Assembly: GCA_944388985.1 (NCBI GenBank)
Contig: CALXKT010000001.1
Coordinates: 1-53,725 of the forward strand
DNA: 53,725 nt
Direction of reading: 5' to 3'
Source of the DNA: an uncultured Clostridia bacterium
Lineage (GTDB): Bacteria; Bacillota; Clostridia; TANB77; CAG-508
The translations under genes were made by a program, and so were the position numbers. Every line of letters begins with the position of its first letter. The stretch's first letter is position 1. The notes under the pieces are model-generated. The model was not told the DNA's origin, made no database searches, and saw only the letters and a program-made list of their open reading frames with translations. Of this stretch, positions 9,108-18,700 are shown one piece after another.

Positions 9108-11711
9108 TTAATTTCCATAATAGCTGTCAATTAATATTTGTTTTAGTTCGCTTACTAGTGGCAATCTTGGGTTCGCGGTGGTGCATTGGTCTTCAAATGC
9201 TCTATCTGCAAGCATGTCTACTTTTGCCATGAATTCTGCTTCGTCAATACCTGCTTCCTTAAAGCTTCTTTCTATTCCTAAATCGGCATTTAGTTTCTTA
9301 ATTTCCTCAATTAAAGAGTTTACTCCCTCTTCGTTGGTGTATGCAGGGAAGTTCATTCTTCTAGATAAATCTGCATATTTTTGGTCTGCAATAAAGTATT
9401 CATATTTTGGGAAAGATACAAATTTGGTTGGTCTACTGCTGTTGTACCTTATTACATATGGTAGTAATATCGCATTAATTCTGCCGTGTGCCATATGGAA
9501 TTCGGCTCCAATTTTGTGTGCTAAGGAGTGGTTGATTCCTAAAAATGCATTGGTAAACGCCATTCCTGCAATGGTACTTGCATTATGCATGTGTTCTCTT
9601 GCTTCTTTGTTGTTTCCATTGTTATAGGCTTCTCTTAAGTTTTTGAATACTAACTCTACTGCCTTTTCTGCAAGTCCATCTGTGTAATCAGATGCCATGT
9701 TTGAAACATATGCTTCTATGGCGTGTGTTAGCACATCCATTCCCGTATCTGCTGTAATTTTCTTTGGTAAGCTCATTACTAAATCTGGGTCTACAATGGC
9801 AACGTCTGGTGTTAGCTCATAATCTGCTAATGGATATTTTTTGTTTAATTTCTTATCGGTAAGCACTGCAAAAGAGGTAACTTCCGAACCTGTTCCCGAA
9901 GTAGTAGGTATTGCTACGAATTTTGCTTTTTCTCCTAGTTTTGGGAACTTGTAGGTACGCTTACGAATGTCCATAAACTTTAGTTTTAATCCTTCTACAT
10001 CGGCGTCTGGATGTTCGTAGAATAGCCACATTCCTTTTGCTGCATCGATTGGGCTTCCTCCTCCTACTGCTATAATGACATCTGGTTTGAATTCATTCAT
10101 CATTTGAACGCCTCTATTGATTGTATCAAAAGATGGGTCTGATTCTACATCAGAGAATATCTCCGAATGCACATATTCATGTCTTTTTCTTAAATGATAT
10201 AGTATTTTATCTATATAACCTAATTCCACCATCGATGGGTCGGTTACAATAAAGGCTCTTGTAATTTCTGGCATTTTTTCTAAGTAAGCAATAGAACCTG
10301 CTTCAAAATATATTTTTTCTGGAACTTTAAGCCATTGCATATTAACCCTCCTATCGGCAACTCTTTTAATATTTATTAGATTTACACTCGACACATTGGC
10401 TGTTGTGGAATTTCCTCCAAAGGTACCACAGCCAAGGGTAAGGGATGGCATGTTGGTATTATAAATATCGCCAATGGCTCCATGCGTAGATGGTGAATTT
10501 ACAATGATTCTTCCTGCTTTAACAGTTTCTGAGAATTTTAAAATCGTATCTTTGTCTTCCGAATGGATAACTGCGGAATGTCCCAGTCCTCCAAATTCGA
10601 TTAATTTTTCTGCAAGTGCTATACCTTCGTCACTGTCATTTACCACATAATATGCTAGTACTGGGCTTAGTTTTTCTTTTGAAAATGGATATTCAATTCC
10701 TACACCATTTTCTTTTAGCACAAGAACTTTAGTATCTTGTGGAACTTCAATTCCCGCTTCTCCTGCAATTTTGTATGGACTTTGTCCCACAATAGCAGAA
10801 TTTAAAGCTCCATCCTTTTCTTTAAGGAACATCGTATCTCTTAAACGCTTCGTTTCTTCATCCGATAAGAAGTAGCATCCTGCTTCTCTCATCAATTTTT
10901 CAAATTCATCTTTTATCTCTTTATCCACAATAACAGATTGTTCTGAAGCACATATCATTCCATTATCAAAGGATTTGGACATTACTAAATCATTTACCGA
11001 AGTTCTTAATTTTGCTGTTTTATCAATATAACAAGGTACATTTCCTGGACCTACGCCTAGCGCCGGCTTTCCACAAGAGTAAGCCGCCTTAACCATGCCA
11101 GTTCCACCTGTTGCCAAAATTAAATTTACATCTGGATGATGCATAAGCATGTTGGTTGCGGTAACCGATGGTTCTTCAATCCATAGAATGCAATTCTCTG
11201 GTGCACCTGCGGCTATAGCTGCATCCCTTAAAATGGTGGCTGCTTCTACACTACATTTTTGTGCAGATGGATGGAATCCAAACACAATAACATTTCTTGT
11301 TTTTGCTGCAATAATCGACTTAAACATCGTGGTAGAAGTTGGATTTGTAACTGGTGTAACACCCGCAATAATTCCAATAGGCTCTGCAATTTCTACATAC
11401 CCCTCTTCTTCATTTTCTGATATCACGCCTACGGTTTTATCATACTTAATACTGTGATAAATATATTCTGTTGCAAACATGTTCTTCGTTATTTTATCTT
11501 CGTAAATACCTCTTCCTGTCTCTTCTACTGCCATTTTTGCAAGTTCCATGTGATGCTCTAATCCTGCCATGGACATTGCTTTTACTATTCTGTCTACATC
11601 TTCTTGGTTTAATTTCAAATATTCCTCAGATGCCTTTTTTGCCTTTCGCATTAGCTCATCAATCATCTCTTTTATCTTTGCTTGTTCTTCTTCACTAATC
11701 TCTCTTCCCAT
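9108..11711 (-). CDS. adhE: Bifunctional acetaldehyde-CoA/alcohol dehydrogenase
   Basis: ALDH catalytic Cys region FDNGMICASEQS, a linker, and an Fe-ADH domain with GGGSPIDAAK. The real start is MGREISEEEQ (ATG 11711, SD GGGAGG). The 49 extra N-terminal residues in the ORF track are read-through of repeat DNA. Confidence 0.95.
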   Translation of the reverse strand: MGREISEEEQAKIKEMIDELMRKAKKASEEYLKLNQEDVDRIVKAMSMAGLEHHMELAKMAVEETGRGIYEDKITKNMFATEYIYHSIKYDKTVGVISENEEEGYVEIAEPIGIIAGVTPVTNPTSTTMFKSIIAAKTRNVIVFGFHPSAQKCSVEAATILRDAAIAAGAPENCILWIEEPSVTATNMLMHHPDVNLILATGGTGMVKAAYSCGKPALGVGPGNVPCYIDKTAKLRTSVNDLVMSKSFDNGMICASEQSVIVDKEIKDEFEKLMREAGCYFLSDEETKRLRDTMFLKEKDGALNSAIVGQSPYKIAGEAGIEVPQDTKVLVLKENGVGIEYPFSKEKLSPVLAYYVVNDSDEGIALAEKLIEFGGLGHSAVIHSEDKDTILKFSETVKAGRIIVNSPSTHGAIGDIYNTNMPSLTLGCGTFGGNSTTANVSSVNLINIKRVADRRVNMQWLKVPEKIYFEAGSIAYLEKMPEITRAFIVTDPSMVELGYIDKILYHLRKRHEYVHSEIFSDVESDPSFDTINRGVQMMNEFKPDVIIAVGGGSPIDAAKGMWLFYEHPDADVEGLKLKFMDIRKRTYKFPKLGEKAKFVAIPTTSGTGSEVTSFAVLTDKKLNKKYPLADYELTPDVAIVDPDLVMSLPKKITADTGMDVLTHAIEAYVSNMASDYTDGLAEKAVELVFKNLREAYNNGNNKEAREHMHNASTIAGMAFTNAFLGINHSLAHKIGAEFHMAHGRINAILLPYVIRYNSSRPTKFVSFPKYEYFIADQKYADLSRRMNFPAYTNEEGVNSLIEEIKKLNADLGIERSFKEAGIDEAEFMAKVDMLADRAFEDQCTTANPRLPLVSELKQILIDSYYGN

Positions 11712-11727
11712 GTTTTCCTCCCTTATT

Positions 11728-11816
11728 CCAATTTGGGGACAGGCGTTTTTCTTCACTTTTTTCCATAAAAAGGCCTGTCCCCAAATTGGAAAAAAGTGGA
11801 GAAAAAGGCCTGTCCC
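11728..11816. repeat. GGGAC-core palindromic repeat cluster, subfamily B (CCAATTTGGGGACAGGCGTTTTTCTTCACTTTTTTCC units)
   Basis: The full unit at 11728-11764 is followed by oppositely oriented partial units (GCCTGTCCCCAAATTGG at 11772-11788; GGAAAAAAGTGGAGAAAAAGGCCTGTCCC at 11787-11816). The cluster ends 16 nt from the adhE start codon. Confidence 0.85.
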
Positions 11817-11898
11817 TATTCTCCACTCTATCATATATAAAGATACGCACAAAGTCAAGTATATTTTATCGTGCTTTTTCGAGTTTTTTCTTTTTATT

Positions 11899-13881
11899 CT
11901 ATAGTTGTATACTATTTTGTTTTTCTGGCCATATATCTGCCAATGTTATTGTTCGTGTATTATCTTGTGTTTTTCCTATCACAATACTAGATAATGGTAG
12001 ATTTCCTTTTTTTATTCCATCTTTTAATGTTTTCCAAAAAGTATTTTCTTCTTCTTGTGTCATTGTAGAATTAAGTGCTACTTTTACTAAATCTCCAATT
12101 TCTGCTATCATTACTTTTCGCTTTAAATCCATCATGTTTCTTTTTAAATCTTTATTTTCTGTCCTATTGGAATAATTGGTGCAAAATCCTTTTGCATCTT
12201 CAAATTTTCTATTTCCAATCAAATTATCTACCACCGCATTCAAATTCACTCCTGTTTCTCCTGCTGATACTTCCTCTAAGCTTTCTATTGCCTTATCGGC
12301 ATCTTTAATAGGATATCTCTCTGCTTGTTCTCTTAATGCATTTCTTATTTGTATCATAATTTGCTTTCTATGTTGTTCCTCTGTTAATCGAAATTTGCCT
12401 GTTCTTTCTTCGCTTCTTTCTTCTACTAATTTCTGAATTATTGCTTCTGTTTTTTCTGCTTGTTGCTTTCCGCTGCTAATATCCTGTAAAACTTCCTGTA
12501 GAGCCATTGGAATAGTATTATGCTTCTTTGCCATCCTCTTTTCATTTTCTATTTTTGCAATTCTTTGAAGAATGGTTGCTCTTGCTGTTTCTGAACCCAC
12601 TAATCCTTTCTGCTTATTTTCCGGCACTTCTTTTAGTAAACTTTTTAAAACATCTATATCGCCAATGGTATTTGCATAACTTTGTATTGCTCGTAGTAAC
12701 TTTGAATTAGCATACTCTCTCATTTTTAAAGTAGCTCTTCCTAAAAGAATTTTTTTATCTACGTTTTCCTCTAAAAAATCTGAATAAAATAATGCTTTTA
12801 GCCTTTGGGCTTGTTCTATGGAAAAAGACAAAGCTGCAATTTGTGTTAAGTTTTTGCCTATTTGTTGAATTAAATAGTTACTATTCTTTCCTTGTGAAAT
12901 CGCTTGCTGTAGCATTTGCAAATTATCTTCTATTTTACTAATTGTATTATCAATCACTTTACTGTCTTGCGAAATTCTATCTTTTTCTGTTTCTGTGCTA
13001 CTTCTTTTTTCATCTTTACCAATATATTTACTTTTATATTTTTCTTTCATCAAATGCATTTTATAACTTTCATTTGGATTTTCTTTTGGCACTATTGTTG
13101 CTTTCTCTTGTGCCTTGCTATGTGGTACTTCTGTTTCTGCAGATTTTTTCTTTGCCTCTTCTTTTTTACCTTGTAATTGATTTTCATGTGCCATGGTCAT
13201 TTTTTTAGCTAACACAGCTTCCATCTCCTCTACTGCTTCCCTACATACATTAAGTTCTTTATCCGCTGCTATTTCTGCCACGCTATCTCCTTTACTTAAT
13301 CTTTCTGCAATTTTTTGCACTTTTTGGTGTCTCATTTCCACAATATTGTTCACACTTTCTGTTGTAGCATAAACTTTTATTGCTTTTTGTATTCTTGCTT
13401 CGAATGCCTCGGCCGTTTCTCCTTCTTCTCTTTGTAACATTCTTTTAGCAATTTCTCTTTTTGGCATACATTGAACCAATAAAAAAATTACAGAGAACTC
13501 TTCTTGTAACCTTACCATCTGTTCTTCTGTAATTTCTAAACTTTTATCTTTCGCTAAATTTTCAAACGATTCTCCCTGTAGGATTCTTTCCTTAACTTTT
13601 TGTCTTAATTCCGAATTAATAACACCACTCTTTGGTGTTTCTTTCTTTGATTTGCTCGCTTCTAACTCTTTCACTCTGGCTATTGTTTGCTCTAAAATAC
13701 TTTGATAAATAGCATCAATTTCTTCTTGTCCTTTTTGCAACAAATCTTGAATTTTTTCATCTTTTAGATAACGCTCACTAATATTTCTTTGTCTTAAGTC
13801 TTCTAGCAATTTACTTTCTGCTCTTAGCACTCCATAAAATTTAGCTCTTTTCATGGTTGATTTCATTCCTTTCTTTCTCAA
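11899..13881 (-). CDS. Hypothetical, highly charged alpha-helical protein (660 aa) with repeated HTH-like modules
   Basis: Long ORF with no recognisable catalytic motif. It has an internal repeat: RQKVKERILQGESFENLAKDKSLEITEEQM versus HQKVQKIAERLSKGDSVAEIAADKELNVCREAV. The exact start is uncertain (TTG 13881, or ATG 13866/13854). Confidence 0.5.
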   Translation of the reverse strand: MRKKGMKSTMKRAKFYGVLRAESKLLEDLRQRNISERYLKDEKIQDLLQKGQEEIDAIYQSILEQTIARVKELEASKSKKETPKSGVINSELRQKVKERILQGESFENLAKDKSLEITEEQMVRLQEEFSVIFLLVQCMPKREIAKRMLQREEGETAEAFEARIQKAIKVYATTESVNNIVEMRHQKVQKIAERLSKGDSVAEIAADKELNVCREAVEEMEAVLAKKMTMAHENQLQGKKEEAKKKSAETEVPHSKAQEKATIVPKENPNESYKMHLMKEKYKSKYIGKDEKRSSTETEKDRISQDSKVIDNTISKIEDNLQMLQQAISQGKNSNYLIQQIGKNLTQIAALSFSIEQAQRLKALFYSDFLEENVDKKILLGRATLKMREYANSKLLRAIQSYANTIGDIDVLKSLLKEVPENKQKGLVGSETARATILQRIAKIENEKRMAKKHNTIPMALQEVLQDISSGKQQAEKTEAIIQKLVEERSEERTGKFRLTEEQHRKQIMIQIRNALREQAERYPIKDADKAIESLEEVSAGETGVNLNAVVDNLIGNRKFEDAKGFCTNYSNRTENKDLKRNMMDLKRKVMIAEIGDLVKVALNSTMTQEEENTFWKTLKDGIKKGNLPLSSIVIGKTQDNTRTITLADIWPEKQNSIQL

Positions 13882-13944
13882 GACCAGATTTGGTTGGAAA
13901 AGAATTAAATTTTGTAATTCTTTTTCAACATTCTCTCTTTTTTA

Positions 13945-13968
13945 TTGCATAGGAAATTTCCTATGCAA
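13945..13968. promoter_or_regulatory. Perfect 24-bp palindrome TTGCATAGGAAA|TTTCCTATGCAA; candidate operator or hairpin upstream of the 660-aa gene
   Basis: Read directly from the sequence. It lies in the 288-bp gap between the guaD stop and the 660-aa ORF start. Confidence 0.35.
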
Positions 13969-14116
13969 CAAGGTTAAGTTACCTTGGGCTGTGCATATTC
14001 GCGAAGCGAAATGCACATGTGGCGAAGCCACTTTTTTTACAAATTCTTACATATTATACCATATTTTTACTAGTGACGCAATATGTAAACCAAAAATATA
14101 GGGTAAAATTGTACCG

Positions 14117-14156
14117 AAAAATATCCCAGTTACTTTATCATAACTAGGATATTTTT
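14117..14156 (-). terminator. Rho-independent terminator of guaD
   Basis: On the minus strand, AAAAATATCCTAGTTA ... TAACTGGGATATTTTT forms a stem followed by a T-run. The single non-Watson-Crick position is G:U on the minus strand. Confidence 0.6.
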
Positions 14157-14169
14157 ATCTGTACTTTGC

Positions 14170-14631
14170 TTAATAGATTGTTTTATTCTTTTTTTGATAT
14201 TCTTCAAACAAAGAAATACATTCCTCACGGTTAATTTGTTTTAAGTTAATTAATTCTTTATTATGTCCTGCTAGATATTTATAAATAGCATCATCTCGAA
14301 AACCAATGTTTCCTGCATCTTCTCGTGTACATCCATAATATATTTCTTTTATATTTGCCCAAATAATAGCGGATAAGCACATTGGACATGGCTCACAGGA
14401 AGTATATAAAATGTAACCCGATAAATCATAGGTGCCTAGCTTTTGGCAAGCTTCCCTTATAACTGTTACTTCTGCATGAGCAGTTGGGTCATTGCTAACA
14501 AGTACTCTGTTATTTCCTTTTGCAATAATGTTACCTGCTTTATCGGTAATAACTGCACCAAATGGTCCTCCTTCTCCTGCATTTGCTCCATGCTCGGCAC
14601 ATTCTTTTGCAATTTTCATATATTCATTCAT
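14170..14631 (-). CDS. guaD: Guanine deaminase (CDA-fold, GuaD type)
   Basis: 153 aa. GGPFGAVI, TAHAEVTVIREAC and TSCEPCPMCLSAI (HAE / PCxxC zinc site). From memory it is collinear with B. subtilis GuaD. Confidence 0.8.
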   Translation of the reverse strand: MNEYMKIAKECAEHGANAGEGGPFGAVITDKAGNIIAKGNNRVLVSNDPTAHAEVTVIREACQKLGTYDLSGYILYTSCEPCPMCLSAIIWANIKEIYYGCTREDAGNIGFRDDAIYKYLAGHNKELINLKQINREECISLFEEYQKKNKTIY

Positions 14632-14788
14632 ATGTTTCCTCCTTCGGTGTTTTTGTGTTAGTATATACGAGTTTTAGAGGAAATGTCAAGGGACGTCGCC
14701 ATACTCCTCCTTTGCATAAGCAAAAATAGTATTAAGTTTGCAAAAAATGTCGAAAAGTAATAGTTTTGCAAGTGTATTTGCAAAACTA

Positions 14789-14817
14789 TTGACAAATATT
14801 TAAAAAAATGTTATATT
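14789..14817 (+). promoter_or_regulatory. Sigma-A type promoter (TTGACA - 17 nt - TATATT), preceded by an 11-bp-arm inverted repeat
   Basis: TTGACA at 14789-14794, TATATT at 14812-14817. The inverted repeat TAGTTTTGCAA/TTGCAAAACTA at 14761-14788 abuts the -35 and is a possible operator. Confidence 0.5.
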
Positions 14818-14821
14818 TTAA

Positions 14822-16051
14822 ATGGAGATGATTAGTGTGATTATAAGAGAAAATTATTTAAATTTACTAATTGAAGCAAAAGATACCGAATTTATTAAAG
14901 TTATTACTGGTGTTAGAAGAAGTGGTAAGTCTACATTATTATTGATGTTTAAAGAATATCTTTTGAATAATAAGGTGGATGAAAAAAATGTTATCCATAT
15001 GAATTTTGAATCTGCAATATATGATTATATAAAGGACTATAAAGATTTATACAATGAAATAAAAAGCAAAATTCGTAATGGAAAAATGTATATATTGTTA
15101 GATGAAATTCAAAATATAGAAAAATGGGAAAAGGCAATTAATTCATTGAATATTGACTTTGATGTAGACATTTATATTACTGGTTCTAATGCATATTTAC
15201 TATCGAGTGAACTAGCAACATTGTTGTCGGGTAGATATATTGAAATAAAAATGTATACATTGTCGTTTAAAGAATTTCTTAAATTTAATGGCTATAATCA
15301 AGAACATATAGAAGATAAGTTTAATGAGTATTTGAAGTATGGAGGACTTCCAGCAATAACGCAAATTAAAGAAAAGAATAATTTAATTATGTCATACTTG
15401 ACTGATATTTATAACACAATCGTAAAAAAAGATATTATTGAAAGAAATAATATTAAAGATATTGCCCTTTTAGAAAATATAGTAAAATATATTTCTTCTA
15501 ATATTGGAAGTTCCGTTTCAGCCAATAAAATAAGTGATTATTTAAATAGCAATAAAATAGTTGAAAAAACAAATCATCAAACAATTGATAATTATTTAAA
15601 GATGTTAGAAAATGCCTTTATTGTCTATAAAGCTGAAAGAAGTGATATAAGAAGCAAAGCTTTACTAAAAACATTAGGCAAATACTATATAGCAGATACA
15701 GGATTAAGAAATATAATTTTGGGCTTTAGAAATATTGATGAAGGACATTTGTTAGAGAACGTAGTATATATAGAATTGTTACGAAGAGGATATAAGATTA
15801 GTATTGGTAAAACATTAGATTACGAAGTAGATTTTGTAGCAGAAAATCCGGAAGAAATAAAATATTATCAAGTAACCAAAAGCTTATTGGACGATAATGT
15901 TAAAGAGAGGGAAATTAGAAGTTTAGAAAGTATACCGGATAATTACGAAAAAACTATTCTAACAATGGATAAAACAATTAATAAAGATTATAACGGAATA
16001 AAAGTAAAAAATATTATAGAATTTTTGCTAGAAAATAATAATGGGAAATAA
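14822..16051 (+). CDS. AAA-family ATPase of the AAA_14/DUF4143 type
   Basis: Walker A GVRRSGKSTLL and Walker B ILLDEIQ, with a C-terminal DUF4143-like region. The start may instead be the GTG at 14837 (SD GGAG at 14824). Confidence 0.7.
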   Translation: MEMISVIIRENYLNLLIEAKDTEFIKVITGVRRSGKSTLLLMFKEYLLNNKVDEKNVIHMNFESAIYDYIKDYKDLYNEIKSKIRNGKMYILLDEIQNIEKWEKAINSLNIDFDVDIYITGSNAYLLSSELATLLSGRYIEIKMYTLSFKEFLKFNGYNQEHIEDKFNEYLKYGGLPAITQIKEKNNLIMSYLTDIYNTIVKKDIIERNNIKDIALLENIVKYISSNIGSSVSANKISDYLNSNKIVEKTNHQTIDNYLKMLENAFIVYKAERSDIRSKALLKTLGKYYIADTGLRNIILGFRNIDEGHLLENVVYIELLRRGYKISIGKTLDYEVDFVAENPEEIKYYQVTKSLLDDNVKEREIRSLESIPDNYEKTILTMDKTINKDYNGIKVKNIIEFLLENNNGK

Positions 16052-16154
16052 CTAATAGTAATGCTTTTTTCAAAAAACTTGCATAAACTCTAGTATTTTT
16101 CCACATTTTGTGATATAGTAGTAATCGTAAATATAGAAGAAAAGGACTGATACT

Positions 16155-18551
16155 ATGTCATATAACTTTAATGAAATTGAGAAAAAGTGGCAAGAATATT
16201 GGGACGAGCATAAAACCTTTAAGACAGATGTCTGGGATTTTTCAAAGCCTAAATTCTATGCACTTGATATGTTCCCTTACCCATCTGGACAAGGGCTACA
16301 TGTTGGTCATCCGGAGGGCTATACAGCAACTGATATTATGTCTCGTATGAGAAGAATGCAAGGGTACAATGTTCTTCATCCAATGGGATGGGATGCCTTT
16401 GGTCTTCCTGCAGAGCAATATGCCATCAAAACAGGAAATCATCCAGCAGGTTTCACTGCAAAGAATATTGAAACTTTTAAAAAGCAATTGAAAATGCTTG
16501 GTTTTTCTTTTGACTGGGATAGGGAAATTTCCACTTGTGACCCTAGTTATTATAAATGGACACAATGGATTTTCAAACAATTATATAATGATGGACTAGC
16601 AAAACTAATTGAAATGCCTGTTAACTGGTGTGAGGGCTTAGGTTGCGTGCTTTCTAATGACGAGGTTATTAATGGAAAAAGCGAAAGAGGAGGATTTCCT
16701 GTTGTTCGTAAGAATATGAAGCAATGGGTAATGGATATTCCTAAATATGCAGAAGTTCTTCTTTCTGGATTAGATGAAGTAGACTGGCCAGAATCCACCA
16801 AAGAGATTCAAAGAAATTGGATTGGTAAATCGGTTGGTGCAGAAGTTACATTTAAAGTAGCTGGCACGAATAAAACATTCACAGTATTTACAACAAGAGC
16901 TGATACTTTATTTGGTGCTACCTATTGTGTGCTTTCTCCAGAGCATGAATTAGTAGATGAAATTACAACGTCTGAGCAAAAAGAGGCTGTAGAAGAATAC
17001 AAAGCAATGGCAGCTGCTAAATCCGATTTAGAAAGAACAGAATTAAATAAAGAAAAAACAGGATGCTTTACAGGAGCTTATGCTATTAATCCAGTTAATG
17101 GAAAAGAAATTCCTATTTGGATTTCCGATTATGTTTTAGCAACCTATGGTACTGGTGCTATTATGGCAGTACCGGCTCATGATGAGAGAGATTATGCATT
17201 TGCAAAGAAGTTCGGAATTGAAATTACTCCTGTACTCGAGGGTGGAGATATTTCAAAAGAAGCCTTTACAGGAGACGGATTGCATATTAATTCTGATTTC
17301 TTAAATGGTCTTGGAAAACAAGAAGCAATTGATAAAATGATTGCATGGCTTGAAGAAAAAGGTATTGGCGAGAAGAAAGTAAACTACAAATTACGTGAAT
17401 GGATATTTGCAAGACAACGTTATTGGGGTGAGCCAATTCCAATTGTATTTACCGAGGGAGACGAAATTCATGTTTTGGCAGATGAGGATTTACCATTAAT
17501 TCTTCCAGAGCTTGAAGATTATGCTCCATCGAAAACAGGAGCCTCTCCTTTGGATAAAGCAACTGATTGGGTAAATACCACCTTTGAAGGAAAGCCAGCA
17601 AGACGTGAAACTAGTACAATGCCTGGTTCAGCAGGTTCTAGTTGGTACTTCTTAAGATATATTGATCCTCATAATGATAAGGAAATCGCAGACCCAGAGC
17701 TTCTAAAGCACTGGATGCCAGTAGATTTATATGTTGGTGGACCAGAGCATGCGGTAGGTCATTTGCTATATTCTCGATTTTGGAATAATTATTTATACAA
17801 TAAAGGCATTGCTCCAACAAAAGAGCCATTTACCAAACTTCGCCATCAAGGAATGATTCTTGGTTCGAATGGAGAAAAAATGAGCAAATCGAAAGGAAAT
17901 GTTATTAACCCAGATGACATGGTAAAACAATATGGAGCCGATGCTTTAAGAGTTTACGAGATGTTTATGGGACCAATCGATGCAGCAAAGCCTTGGGACC
18001 CAAACGGTATTGACGGTTCTAAGAAATTCTTAGATAGAGTTTGGAGATTGTTTGTAGAATCTGGTAAAGTACAAGAAAAAGAAAATAAAAACTTGGAAAA
18101 AGTATACCATTACACCGTAAAAAAAGTAACAAACGATTATGAAAACATGTTCTATAACACTGCTATTTCGCAAATGATGATATTTATTAATAGCGCAACC
18201 AAGGAAGATGTACTTCCTAAAGAATATGCCGAGGGATTTGTAAAACTACTTAGCCCAGTAGCACCACACATTGCAGAGGAACTATGGAATCGTTTAGGAC
18301 ATAACGATACCATTACCTACGAAACTTGGCCAACTTACGATGAATCCAAACTTGTAGAAGACACCGTAGAAATTCCTGTACAAGTAAATGGAAAAGTAAG
18401 AGCTACTGTAGAAATTGCTGTAGATGCGAGCGAAGAAGAAGTAAAAGAAACAGTTCATAAAAACAGTAATGTGCAAGCACAATTAGAAGGAAAAAATGTA
18501 GTAAAGGAAATCTATGTAAAGAATAAGATTTATAACATTGTTATAAAGTAA
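16155..18551 (+). CDS. leuS: Leucyl-tRNA synthetase
   Basis: 798 aa. HIGH motif (LHVGHPEGY), KMSKS motif (KMSKSKGN) and a CP1 editing domain. Confidence 0.97.
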   Translation: MSYNFNEIEKKWQEYWDEHKTFKTDVWDFSKPKFYALDMFPYPSGQGLHVGHPEGYTATDIMSRMRRMQGYNVLHPMGWDAFGLPAEQYAIKTGNHPAGFTAKNIETFKKQLKMLGFSFDWDREISTCDPSYYKWTQWIFKQLYNDGLAKLIEMPVNWCEGLGCVLSNDEVINGKSERGGFPVVRKNMKQWVMDIPKYAEVLLSGLDEVDWPESTKEIQRNWIGKSVGAEVTFKVAGTNKTFTVFTTRADTLFGATYCVLSPEHELVDEITTSEQKEAVEEYKAMAAAKSDLERTELNKEKTGCFTGAYAINPVNGKEIPIWISDYVLATYGTGAIMAVPAHDERDYAFAKKFGIEITPVLEGGDISKEAFTGDGLHINSDFLNGLGKQEAIDKMIAWLEEKGIGEKKVNYKLREWIFARQRYWGEPIPIVFTEGDEIHVLADEDLPLILPELEDYAPSKTGASPLDKATDWVNTTFEGKPARRETSTMPGSAGSSWYFLRYIDPHNDKEIADPELLKHWMPVDLYVGGPEHAVGHLLYSRFWNNYLYNKGIAPTKEPFTKLRHQGMILGSNGEKMSKSKGNVINPDDMVKQYGADALRVYEMFMGPIDAAKPWDPNGIDGSKKFLDRVWRLFVESGKVQEKENKNLEKVYHYTVKKVTNDYENMFYNTAISQMMIFINSATKEDVLPKEYAEGFVKLLSPVAPHIAEELWNRLGHNDTITYETWPTYDESKLVEDTVEIPVQVNGKVRATVEIAVDASEEEVKETVHKNSNVQAQLEGKNVVKEIYVKNKIYNIVIK

Positions 18552-18563
18552 TTAAAGACTTGA

Positions 18564-18603
18564 ACTTGAACAAAAGGGACACTCCTTTTTGTTCAAGTTT
18601 TTG
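18564..18603 (+). terminator. leuS terminator, built from a subfamily-A GGGAC repeat unit
   Basis: ACTTGAACAAAAGG-GACACT-CCTTTTTGTTCAAGT followed by TTTTT. Confidence 0.7.
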
Positions 18604-18700
18604 TAACATTTTTGTAACACAAAAGTAATATTATTGTAATATTTCTTTTGTGTTTTTTGTAGTATAATGTTGGTATATGAATTACTAAGGAGAAATACGT

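Noticed and set aside
11712-11858. N-terminal extensions of adhE (to 11858), addB (29915-30007) and pgeF (26285-26395) shown in the ORF track
   Set aside because: The extensions translate GGGAC repeat units (FPIWGQAF, CPQIG, PNWTKK and similar peptides). Canonical family N-termini with good SD sequences start downstream.
16052-16154. T-box leader upstream of leuS
   Set aside because: Only 103 nt separate the upstream stop from the leuS ATG, which is too short for a T-box. No specifier or T-box sequence elements are visible.
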